Below, piece by piece: positions 19,101 through 26,845 of a stretch of 64,000 nt of DNA; the first letter of the stretch is position 1; every line of letters starts with the position of its first letter. Made by a program: the position numbers and the translations under genes. This DNA is from Prevotella sp. (GTDB taxonomy: Bacteria > Bacteroidota > Bacteroidia > Bacteroidales > Bacteroidaceae). The notes under the pieces were generated by a model. It was not told where the DNA came from, searched no databases, and was given only the letters and a program-made list of their open reading frames with translations. Where the stretch lies: NCBI GenBank assembly GCA_052355365.1, contig DAWDCC010000005.1, positions 5,629-69,628 of the forward strand, in the 5' to 3' direction.

Positions 19101-19346
19101 CACGACGGCAAGTTCCTCCGCATCAGCAACATCACGCTGGGCTACGACTTTGCCAAGCTCATCCACACGCCTTACCTCTCGCAGGCGCGCCTCTATTTCC
19201 AGGTGCAGAACGCCTTCACCTTCACTCACTACAACGGCATGGATCCGGAAGTGGGCTACGGTATGGACGGATGGGTCAGCGGTGTGGATCTGGGCTACTA
19301 TCCACGGCCACGCACCTGTCTGGTCGGTATCAATCTCAAGTTCTAA
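16176..19346 (+). CDS. susC: SusC/RagA-family TonB-dependent outer-membrane transporter
   Basis: 1056 aa with a signal peptide, a carboxypeptidase-regulatory-like domain (IVKGTVKSATDGEPLTGATVKV), the plug (NDVVVIGYGVQKKK) and a terminal F-ending barrel (LVGINLKF). It is followed 21 nt later by susD. Confidence 0.93.
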   Translation: MRKSVLCKIALIACLLFPAIGVLQGSALYAKIVKGTVKSATDGEPLTGATVKVIGMQTGTVTDLDGHFSLEANDGQTLLVSYIGFVQQKVKVAGNDLTIQLAEEANSLNDVVVIGYGVQKKKLVTGATLQVKGDDVAKLNTTNPLQALQGQTPGMTIVSESGQPGEGLKVNIRGLGTTGSSSPLYIIDGVRGDIATLNPVDIESIDVLKDAASAAIYGSQSANGVVLVTTKSGKNGRAVVSFDAYKGWQKPIHKVKMLNARQYMTIMDEQNINSGGQAYDWKSYYTQKDADGNVTTWGITDPTTGQIYDTDWVDQMFKDNAQTESYTLGITGGSGRGNYAMSMGYMNQEGIVGGKDVSYYSRYNFRVNSEYNVIDKFLKVGEQVSFIYYKKRGLNVGNQYNNSLRAAFATSPLAPVYSDNGVYGSPYNDTSNSPWYNADGNPYGVMMVSNINKSQNATFTGNVFAEFQFFKNLKFRTTLGVKYDSNDYRGFNPLYHFSVYSYNDTRTTASQSKSDGFGITWTNTLTYNWTLGKHFFDAMLGTEAYRTNGSSLYAANGSLREGFDTWPYAWVSNGTAKSQEEGLSASGSPWDEERMVSYFGRLSWNYKETYMATATLRCDGSSRFARGHRFGWFPSVSAGWVMSNEKWWKPVSKVVDYFKLRGSWGQVGNQNIGNYMYTAPVSFNNVYYNFGTTKGSAADQWGARVTRLANENITWETSEQTDFGFDARVFGKLNVNFDWYYKTTKDWLVQPPILATAGTGAPYINGGDVKNIGVEVGLGWNDRIGRDFNYFVNVNGAYNHNKVGNIPNEDGIIHGQTNQLYDNSTEFYRASNGEPIGYFWGYKTAGLFQNEQEIKDWIANGNGVLQADPKPGDVKYYDVNHDGKINDADKVNLGNGMPDFTFGFSLGFDYKGFDFSMTANGETGNKIVQSYRNVGSTTANYTTEILDRWTGEGTSNKIPRVTNTNINYQFSDLFIHDGKFLRISNITLGYDFAKLIHTPYLSQARLYFQVQNAFTFTHYNGMDPEVGYGMDGWVSGVDLGYYPRPRTCLVGINLKF

Positions 19347-19367
19347 TACCTTTAATCTCAGAAGACA

Positions 19368-21089
19368 ATGAAAACCAAGATATTCACCATCGCCGCCACG
19401 GCACTGCTCTCCTTGGGCTTGACCTCCTGCGGCAATGATTTCCTCGATGTCTCGTCGAAGACAGAGACGTCGACGGGCAACTACTATAAGAACCAGAGCG
19501 ACGCCGACCGCGCCCTCATCGGTTGCTACGACGGTTGGCAGGGCACTGTGTCACTCGGTCCGACCTTCACCTTCCAGATGGCAGCAGAGTATATGAGCGA
19601 CGAGTGCTTTGGTGGTACGGGTGCCAACGACGCCCGCAACTCCCAGGTCATCGACCGTTTCGACATCAGCCAGGACGCCTCTCAGACCAACATCTACAAC
19701 GACCTGTGGGAAGACTATTACAAGGCTATTTACAACTGCAACGAGCTCTTGCTCAAGACCGAGGGCACGCAGTGGAGCACCGACGCTGTCAAAGGACGCA
19801 TCCTTGGCGAGACACGCGCCATCCGTGCACTGTGCTATTTCGACATGGTGCGTATGTTTGAGCACATCCCCTTGCTCACTACGCCTACCGACGAGAACGT
19901 TCCTCAGGCCGATCCCGACAGCGTCTATGCGCTCATCGTCAACGATCTGACCTACGCGGCCGACAACATCCCGGCCAACGCCTACCCCAAGAGTCAGGCA
20001 GCAGCCAACGACGGCCGTATCACCAAGTATGCCGCTGAGGCCATGCTCGCCCGTGTCTATCTCTTCTACGACGGCGTTTACAACAACAACGAGCGCAAGG
20101 AGATGCCCGGTGGACTGACAGCAGCCAAGGCACTGGCCGGTCTGGAGGATGTCATCCAAAGCGGAGAGTACAGCCTCGTGCCGCAGTTCAAGAACCTCTG
20201 GCCCGCTGCCAGCGACAACTGGGTGCAGGACGCTGCCGGCAACTGGACCAACGACTCGACCTATGCCGGCGATGGCAACAGCGAGACAGTGCTGAGCATG
20301 AAGTTCAACTACACCGCTGACTATAACGGCAACAACGGTGGCAACCGCTCCATCGTGATGTTCGGTATGCGCACCGGCGGTACGATCTGTGTGCCCTACG
20401 GCCAAGGCTGGGGTGGCGCCACGGTGACCACAGCCACATGGAACGACTTCGCCACCGGTGACAGCCGCCAGAGTGCGTCGATCATCAACATGGCCCAGGA
20501 AGGCATTACGCAGCTCGATGCCTGGAAGAAGGTGGCCTCCGACCAGCGCGAATACACCGGTTTCGCCATCAAGAAATACACGCCTCGCTCGAAGTGGACA
20601 AAGGGCGCTGACGGTTCCTGGTCGATGACACACTACTATCAGGGCCTCATGGCCGGTGACTTCCAGATCTCCCAGCCACAAGACTACGTGCTCATGCGCT
20701 ATTCCGACGTGTTGCTGATGGCTGCTGAACTCGGTTCGCCGAAGGCTCAGACCTATTTCAATGAGGTTCGCAAACGCGCCTTCACACAGAGCGACGGCAC
20801 GCTCAGCAACGGCTACCGCGAGCTGCCTGCCACGGAGAGCAACATCCTCAAAGAGCGCAAACTCGAGTTTGTCGGCGAGGGCATCCGCTATTGGGATCTG
20901 CTGCGCCAGGGCATCGATGTGGCTGCCAACACCATTGCCGCCAGTGGAGAGAAGGTCGTTTCCGGTGGCAGGGAAGAGGCGGTGACCATCAAGGCCGAGA
21001 ACATCAAGAGCAAACGTGGCTTCTGCCAGATCCCGCTCACGCAGATCCAGCGCTCCAACAACCTGCTCAAGCAGAATGCCGGATGGTAA
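19368..21089 (+). CDS. susD: SusD/RagB-family nutrient-binding outer-membrane lipoprotein
   Basis: Lipobox (LGLTSCGNDFLD), TPR-like SusD motifs (RALCYFDMVRMF, LLMAAE, ERKLEFVGEGIRYWDLLR), and a position immediately after susC. Confidence 0.92.
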   Translation: MKTKIFTIAATALLSLGLTSCGNDFLDVSSKTETSTGNYYKNQSDADRALIGCYDGWQGTVSLGPTFTFQMAAEYMSDECFGGTGANDARNSQVIDRFDISQDASQTNIYNDLWEDYYKAIYNCNELLLKTEGTQWSTDAVKGRILGETRAIRALCYFDMVRMFEHIPLLTTPTDENVPQADPDSVYALIVNDLTYAADNIPANAYPKSQAAANDGRITKYAAEAMLARVYLFYDGVYNNNERKEMPGGLTAAKALAGLEDVIQSGEYSLVPQFKNLWPAASDNWVQDAAGNWTNDSTYAGDGNSETVLSMKFNYTADYNGNNGGNRSIVMFGMRTGGTICVPYGQGWGGATVTTATWNDFATGDSRQSASIINMAQEGITQLDAWKKVASDQREYTGFAIKKYTPRSKWTKGADGSWSMTHYYQGLMAGDFQISQPQDYVLMRYSDVLLMAAELGSPKAQTYFNEVRKRAFTQSDGTLSNGYRELPATESNILKERKLEFVGEGIRYWDLLRQGIDVAANTIAASGEKVVSGGREEAVTIKAENIKSKRGFCQIPLTQIQRSNNLLKQNAGW

Positions 21090-21153
21090 TCCTCGGGCAG
21101 CAAACATTTTCCTTTCACCATCAACAAAGAATGGACTAAATAGAAAACTCATT

Positions 21154-22992
21154 ATGAAAATCAATCATTATATCTATGCCTTAGCAGGGGCGGCGCTCAT
21201 GCTCTTCGGCATGGCAGCGTGCTCGCCCGATGACTACGACCTCGGCGACAAGGATGTCACGCCGGCTGATCTCGTCGAAGGACAGGCTTATACCATCACC
21301 CACGACGATCAGAACCCCAACATCGTGTATTTGAAGAGTCAGATGGCCGACCGCTATCAGGTCAACTGGATCGAGCCGCAAGGTAGATCGCAGGAGAAAG
21401 AGGTCACGCTGAAGATTCCGTTCCCCGGCACCTACGACGTGCTCTTCGGTGTGAACACGCGCGGTGGCTATGTCTACGGCGACACGGCTCACTTCACTGT
21501 CGATAAGTTCTGTGCCGACTTCGTCAACAATGAGCTCTACACCATGCTCACCGGTGGCGTAGGACAGAGCAAGACGTGGATTCCCGACAACGGCAACTAT
21601 GGACTCTGCTCGGGCGAGGTCTCCTATGGCGACCCGTCGGCGACCAATGCCGAGTGGAATAACTTCACGAGCAACTGGGATCCAGCTGCCAACCACGAGG
21701 ACGAGACGGGCAACTTCATGAAGAGTTCCATCACCTTCGACTTGAAGAATGGAGCCAACGTGCAGAGTGTGACATACGATCCCAGCGGCGTTGCCAAGGC
21801 TCAAAAAGGCACTTATCTGCTCGATCTCGACAATCACAAGATCAATCTGACCGACGTGCCTTTGCTTCACTCGCCCAACTGGGAGAACCGTGAGGACGCC
21901 GTCGGATGGCAAAAGGACATCCATATCGTCACGCTGACCAACAATCAGCTGCGTCTCGCCGTGCTTCGTAATCCCGACACCTCCGGCAAGGGCAAGTGGT
22001 GGCTCTGCTTCAACTTCGTGTCGAAAGACTATGCCGACCACTACGAGGCTCCAGAGGTGGAGGTCTTCCCAACCATGGAAGACGGATGGATGGACTTCGT
22101 CGAACCGAAGAACGACCGCATCATCACCTACAAGCTTACCGGCTTTGACTGGTACACCAAGGACGGCAAGGCGAAGGGCGTAACCGCCTTCGACGCCATC
22201 GACAATCTTGAAGACGTCACCATTGTGATGAATAGCAGCAACCACAGCTACACCTTCACAGCACCCGACGGCAACGAGACCAAGGGCAGCTACACGCTGA
22301 GCAAGGAAGGCGTCTACACCTTCACGCCCGCTCTGCCCACCTTTGCCATCAGCAAGGACGGTCGCGCCGTGATGACAACCAATGAGAGCGGCCTGCGCAT
22401 CCTCGGTTTCAGCCAGGAGACCAACTGCAATCCGCAGACCGGCGGACTGGACAATATCGTATGGGGCGCACGCGAGTACGACGACCAGGGTAAGTTCTAT
22501 CAGTATATGGGTTATCAGTGGAGCGTTGTACGCGCCGGAGTGGCCAAGACTTATAAAGGTGGTCTGCATGTCTTTGACTCGGCTTGGACCTTCCAGCAAA
22601 GCGACGACGTGTTTGTCAAGGACGGCTCTGACGGTACCTATACCTTCACCATCAACGGCAGTTGCGACAATGTCTATGGCCTCTATCTCGATATCGAGAA
22701 ACTGCTCGGCGACCATCCTAACTGCGACGTCGTGGTGAAGGGCATCCAAGCCGACGGTAAGGATATCATCTTCGACGACGCTACCATCGACCGGGGAGCC
22801 GGTGACAAGGAGACCACCGCACGTCGCTATATCGTCAATCCTTGGGGTGCCACGGCAGGACTCGCCGCTCAGTGCAGTTTCACCAAGACGCTCTCTGTGA
22901 CAGTGGACGTGAAGATGGACACCGGCGCGCCGTTTATCAAACCGGCTGCAGCCAAAGCGCATCGTCGTGCCACACATGCTTCACGCAAATAA
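21154..22992 (+). CDS. PUL-encoded surface lipoprotein, SusE/F-position (putative surface glycan-binding protein)
   Basis: Start set at MKINHYIYALAGAALMLFGMAACSPDD (lipobox). The 46 codons upstream in the ORF track overlap susD. Function is inferred only from position in the PUL. Confidence 0.65.
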   Translation: MKINHYIYALAGAALMLFGMAACSPDDYDLGDKDVTPADLVEGQAYTITHDDQNPNIVYLKSQMADRYQVNWIEPQGRSQEKEVTLKIPFPGTYDVLFGVNTRGGYVYGDTAHFTVDKFCADFVNNELYTMLTGGVGQSKTWIPDNGNYGLCSGEVSYGDPSATNAEWNNFTSNWDPAANHEDETGNFMKSSITFDLKNGANVQSVTYDPSGVAKAQKGTYLLDLDNHKINLTDVPLLHSPNWENREDAVGWQKDIHIVTLTNNQLRLAVLRNPDTSGKGKWWLCFNFVSKDYADHYEAPEVEVFPTMEDGWMDFVEPKNDRIITYKLTGFDWYTKDGKAKGVTAFDAIDNLEDVTIVMNSSNHSYTFTAPDGNETKGSYTLSKEGVYTFTPALPTFAISKDGRAVMTTNESGLRILGFSQETNCNPQTGGLDNIVWGAREYDDQGKFYQYMGYQWSVVRAGVAKTYKGGLHVFDSAWTFQQSDDVFVKDGSDGTYTFTINGSCDNVYGLYLDIEKLLGDHPNCDVVVKGIQADGKDIIFDDATIDRGAGDKETTARRYIVNPWGATAGLAAQCSFTKTLSVTVDVKMDTGAPFIKPAAAKAHRRATHASRK

Positions 22993-23143
22993 TGACCGTT
23001 CTTATTTTTCATAGATATTGGATTTAGGCTTCATCTATCAAGTTAGGGAGGACAAAGACGACGGGAGTCGTCGGTCCTCCACGGCTTGAGGGAATGCAGA
23101 CGGTCCAGCATCAATTGTTAGTCTTACTATAAAGCAAGTTATC

Positions 23144-25252
23144 ATGAAACTGAAATATTTTCCCGGACTGATGGTGATGGCCACTTCGCTGCTGGCCTCT
23201 ACGCTCATCATCACTTCCTGTTCCGACGATGACGACTACTCGGTGTCGACCACGCCAATCGTCACTTCCATCACCACGGGCGACGCCGCTGTGACGGCTG
23301 TCAGCGCTGCCATAGACGGCACTGTTGATGATCTCTCCTCTGCCGATCCGTCGAGTTATGATGTCGGTGTGATGTATTCTACTGCCGACGACCCCACTGC
23401 CGGAGGCACAAAGGTGCGCGGCTCACTGTCGTCCGACACCATCCGGGCCAGTCTCAGTGGCCTCCACACCGGCACCACCTACCACTATGCCACCTATGTC
23501 TGCCTGCAGAACAAGGTATATAAATATGGTGAGGTGAAGACCTTCGTCGCTACCGATGCCAAAGCCGAGACGCTCGACGCCACAGACATCAGCTACACCA
23601 AGGCTACCTTCTCTGCCTCCTATTCCGGGCTCGATGGCCTCGGCACGGTGGAGAAAGGCATGAAGATCGGTATGAACAAAGACCAGCTCTCCGACGGCCG
23701 CGACTTTGACCTTACTACCGTTGGCGGTTTGCTGCCCGGCACCACCTATTATTATAAGGCTTTCGTCAAGGTCGGTGATGGTTATGTCTACGGACCCGTG
23801 AAGCAGCTCACCACCAAGACGCAGACGATGGAATACGTAGATCTCGGTCTCAGCGTCACGTGGGCGAAGTGCAACATCGGCGCGGAGAGCGAGGAAGGCG
23901 TGGGCGCTTACTTTGGCTACGGCGACAAGACTGCCGAACAGTATTCCAAGGACAACGCTGACTATTCCACCGGTGACATCGCCAACACGGAACTCGACCT
24001 CACCAACAACCTCGACATCGACGGCTCGTTCCCGTTCTATTCCCAGATGCCGACACTCGACCAGGTGAAAGAACTCATCGCGAAGACCAAGAAAACCTTC
24101 GATACTGTCAATGGCGTGAAAGGTATCCGCTTCACTGCCGGCAACGGCAATTCCATTTTCCTGCCCTATACCGGTTACCGCGACGGCAAGGAGATCATCA
24201 ACGACGGCAAGGCTTTCTATTGGACAGGAACGGCAAGTAAGGTTGACGGCAACTATGCCAACACGCTGACTTTCGACGGCAATGGCATCGTGAAAAACGG
24301 CAACTCGCTGCGACACTATGGCGTTTGCCTGCGCACCGTACGCCCGTATTCCGAGATCAAACCGAACGGATCGGGTAAACTCGTCATCGGTGACTTGGAG
24401 AACAACGGCCGCATCCGTATCGAGATTTACAACGAATATGGTTCGACGAAGGGCAATTCTGTCATCGATCCTTCCGCTATCCGTTTCAGCAATACCATGG
24501 CCGTGACCTTTAAGATCAGCGGACTTGACGGCAACTACAAGAGTGGAGCCGCCAAGGAAAACATTGCCGGACTGGAATATGCCGACGCTTTCTGGGATCC
24601 GTCACGGTGGTCCGGACTTACAGGTGACAAGTATGATACCCGCATCACGGGCGACGGCACCTACACCGTTTGGATGGAGACAGGTGGAGCGACCGCAGAT
24701 GGCGCTGTCGTCTTCTGTATCGACATCAACAATCTCGACAACGACCTCGTCGACGCGTCGAAGGTGAAGGCTGAGATCGTGAGCATTGCGCTCGACACCG
24801 ACCCGACCGTAGGCATGGACTTCTCCAAGACTGAGTTTGTCAACAAAGACGGCAATGGTACCGACGGACGCATCGAGATCTATAATGAGTACGGCAATAC
24901 CAAGCAGAATGGCGTGGATGCTTCCGGTCTCCACTTCGCCGGCAACATGATTGTCAACTTCACGATCAAGGGCATCGCCGGTAATCTTAAGGCCGGAGCC
25001 GCCAAAAGCTACAAGACAGAACTGAGCTATGCCGACGCCGACTGGAGTCCCTCTTACTGGGGCGGCAGCAGTTTCGGACGCACAACGGTCAAGGGCGACG
25101 GCACCTACTCGGTCTTCGCTACGCTGCCCGGTGAGTGTCAGGGTGCTGTGGTGTGGACAGTTGAACTCTACAACTTGTGGAAAGATCTCGTAGATCCCAC
25201 TAAGGTGAAGGTCACCATCAACAGCGTGGAGACTCCCGGAAAGCTCCATTAA
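23144..25252 (+). CDS. Multi-domain PUL surface lipoprotein: two Fn3-like repeats, a VDLGL..WA.CN.GA/FLP..GYR module, and two copies of a C-terminal module of about 140 aa
   Basis: Lipobox LIITSCSDD. The motifs GTTYHYATYV and GTTYYYKAFV mark the tandem Fn3-like units. The C-terminal internal duplication reads GRIRIEIYNEYGSTKGN...GDGTYTVW... versus GRIEIYNEYGNTKQNG...GDGTYSVF... Confidence 0.6.
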   Translation: MKLKYFPGLMVMATSLLASTLIITSCSDDDDYSVSTTPIVTSITTGDAAVTAVSAAIDGTVDDLSSADPSSYDVGVMYSTADDPTAGGTKVRGSLSSDTIRASLSGLHTGTTYHYATYVCLQNKVYKYGEVKTFVATDAKAETLDATDISYTKATFSASYSGLDGLGTVEKGMKIGMNKDQLSDGRDFDLTTVGGLLPGTTYYYKAFVKVGDGYVYGPVKQLTTKTQTMEYVDLGLSVTWAKCNIGAESEEGVGAYFGYGDKTAEQYSKDNADYSTGDIANTELDLTNNLDIDGSFPFYSQMPTLDQVKELIAKTKKTFDTVNGVKGIRFTAGNGNSIFLPYTGYRDGKEIINDGKAFYWTGTASKVDGNYANTLTFDGNGIVKNGNSLRHYGVCLRTVRPYSEIKPNGSGKLVIGDLENNGRIRIEIYNEYGSTKGNSVIDPSAIRFSNTMAVTFKISGLDGNYKSGAAKENIAGLEYADAFWDPSRWSGLTGDKYDTRITGDGTYTVWMETGGATADGAVVFCIDINNLDNDLVDASKVKAEIVSIALDTDPTVGMDFSKTEFVNKDGNGTDGRIEIYNEYGNTKQNGVDASGLHFAGNMIVNFTIKGIAGNLKAGAAKSYKTELSYADADWSPSYWGGSSFGRTTVKGDGTYSVFATLPGECQGAVVWTVELYNLWKDLVDPTKVKVTINSVETPGKLH

Positions 25253-25273
25253 TCTTGAAAATAGAATAATATG

Positions 25274-25312
25274 GAATGGACTGGTGCGTTGTCTATAACA
25301 ACCAGTCCATTC
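25274..25312 (+). terminator. Hairpin between the lipoprotein and GH5 genes (possible internal terminator or processing site)
   Basis: Perfect 12-bp stem GAATGGACTGGT/ACCAGTCCATTC with a 15-nt loop. No clear T-tract follows. Confidence 0.35.
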
Positions 25313-25347
25313 ATCTACTTGTAATAGGATAATAAGATTTGATCTGT

Positions 25348-26796
25348 ATGAAGAAACTCTATCTCACCCTGCTCCTCACGGGCTCTCTCACCACCGCCTT
25401 CGCTCAGGATCATCCCGGCATGAAGACGATGGATCTCACAGCCGCACAGATGGCGCACTATATGGCTCCCGGATGGAACCTTGGCAACACGCTGGAGGCC
25501 GGTGACAATGCCAACAACTTCACAAGTAAAGGCGGTACAGCCTCTGAGACGGCGTGGCAACCGACCAAAACCACGCAGCAGATCCTCGATGCTGTCAAGG
25601 CTCAGGGCTTCAAAAGTGTGCGCATCCCCTGTGCTTGGGTGATGGGACACATTGCGGACAAGGCTGCGATGACCATCGACCCGGCGTGGATGAGCCGCGT
25701 CAAGGAGATCGTCGACTACTGCATCAATGCCGGACTCTATGTCGTCATCAACGATCACTGGGACGGCGGTTGGCTGGAGTATGACGGATTTACCACGGAA
25801 GCTGATGTCAGCGAAAAGAAGGAACAGCTCAGAAAACTGTGGACCAACATCGCCAACGCGCTCAAGGACTATGACGAACGCATGATCTTCGCCGGACTCA
25901 ACGAGCCGGGCGTGGGCGGAGCAAGCCCCGATGCCAAGGGCAAGTTGATGCTGACCAACCAGTGGAGTCCGTCTGACGCCGACCTCACGAAGTTCACTGA
26001 GCGCCTCATCGATTACGAGAATGTCTTTGTCGATGCCGTCAGAGCGACGGGCGGCAACAATGCCAAGCGTGTGCTCGTGGTGCAGGGACCGATGACAACC
26101 ATCAGTCACACGGTGAAGCACTTCGATGCCAGCCGCATCAACGACACGGCTAAGGACCGGCTGATGGTAGAGATCCACTGCTACGAGCCTTATAACTTCT
26201 GTCAGAATACAGATGCCACGACGGCTTATTACTACTGGGTGGGACATGGACCAAAGCGTGCCTCTCACATCTCCACCACTCGGGATGAGCAGTCGATCAA
26301 GGACGGTTTCGCCGGTCTCAACGCTGCCTTTGTCGATAAGGGCTACCCTGTCATACTTGGAGAGTACGGTGCCATCCATCGTACGTTGTCCTCTACGGAG
26401 GGAACTCAGGCCAAGCACGACGAGAGCCGCCAATATTGGTATCAGCTGGTCACTGCTGAGGCTATGCAGGACGGCGTCATCCCCTTTGTGTGGGATACCA
26501 ATGCTACGGGTTCCAACACGATGACCATTGTCAATCGTCGCGACGGCAAGGTCTTTGACCAATATGATTTGGATGGCATCACAGCAGGCGTCAGTGAGGC
26601 AAAGGAAGACTACGAGAGTACTTATCCGGCACCGCCCACGACGGCCATCAGCTTCGTCTCTGTCGGGAAAAGCAGCGAGGGCAACGTCTACGACCTCTGT
26701 GGACGTGTCGTCAAAACCCATGTGAGCAACATTCGGGAGGCCAATTTGCCGAGGGGCATCTACTTGTTTCAAGGCAAGAAATATGTCAAGGACTGA
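25348..26796 (+). CDS. GH5-family endo-beta-glycanase with a T9SS C-terminal sorting domain
   Basis: GWNLGNTLEA, the acid/base motif GLNEPG and the nucleophile motif LGEYGA. The signal peptide ends ...AFAQ. The C-terminal tail is NVYDLCGRVV...LPRGIYLFQGKKYVKD. The ATG at 25348 was used because the track start at 25339 is TTG. Confidence 0.85.
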   Translation: MKKLYLTLLLTGSLTTAFAQDHPGMKTMDLTAAQMAHYMAPGWNLGNTLEAGDNANNFTSKGGTASETAWQPTKTTQQILDAVKAQGFKSVRIPCAWVMGHIADKAAMTIDPAWMSRVKEIVDYCINAGLYVVINDHWDGGWLEYDGFTTEADVSEKKEQLRKLWTNIANALKDYDERMIFAGLNEPGVGGASPDAKGKLMLTNQWSPSDADLTKFTERLIDYENVFVDAVRATGGNNAKRVLVVQGPMTTISHTVKHFDASRINDTAKDRLMVEIHCYEPYNFCQNTDATTAYYYWVGHGPKRASHISTTRDEQSIKDGFAGLNAAFVDKGYPVILGEYGAIHRTLSSTEGTQAKHDESRQYWYQLVTAEAMQDGVIPFVWDTNATGSNTMTIVNRRDGKVFDQYDLDGITAGVSEAKEDYESTYPAPPTTAISFVSVGKSSEGNVYDLCGRVVKTHVSNIREANLPRGIYLFQGKKYVKD

Positions 26797-26845
26797 GATG
26801 TCTGTTCTTTAAGAATAGCAATACAATCATCATCTAAATACCATC

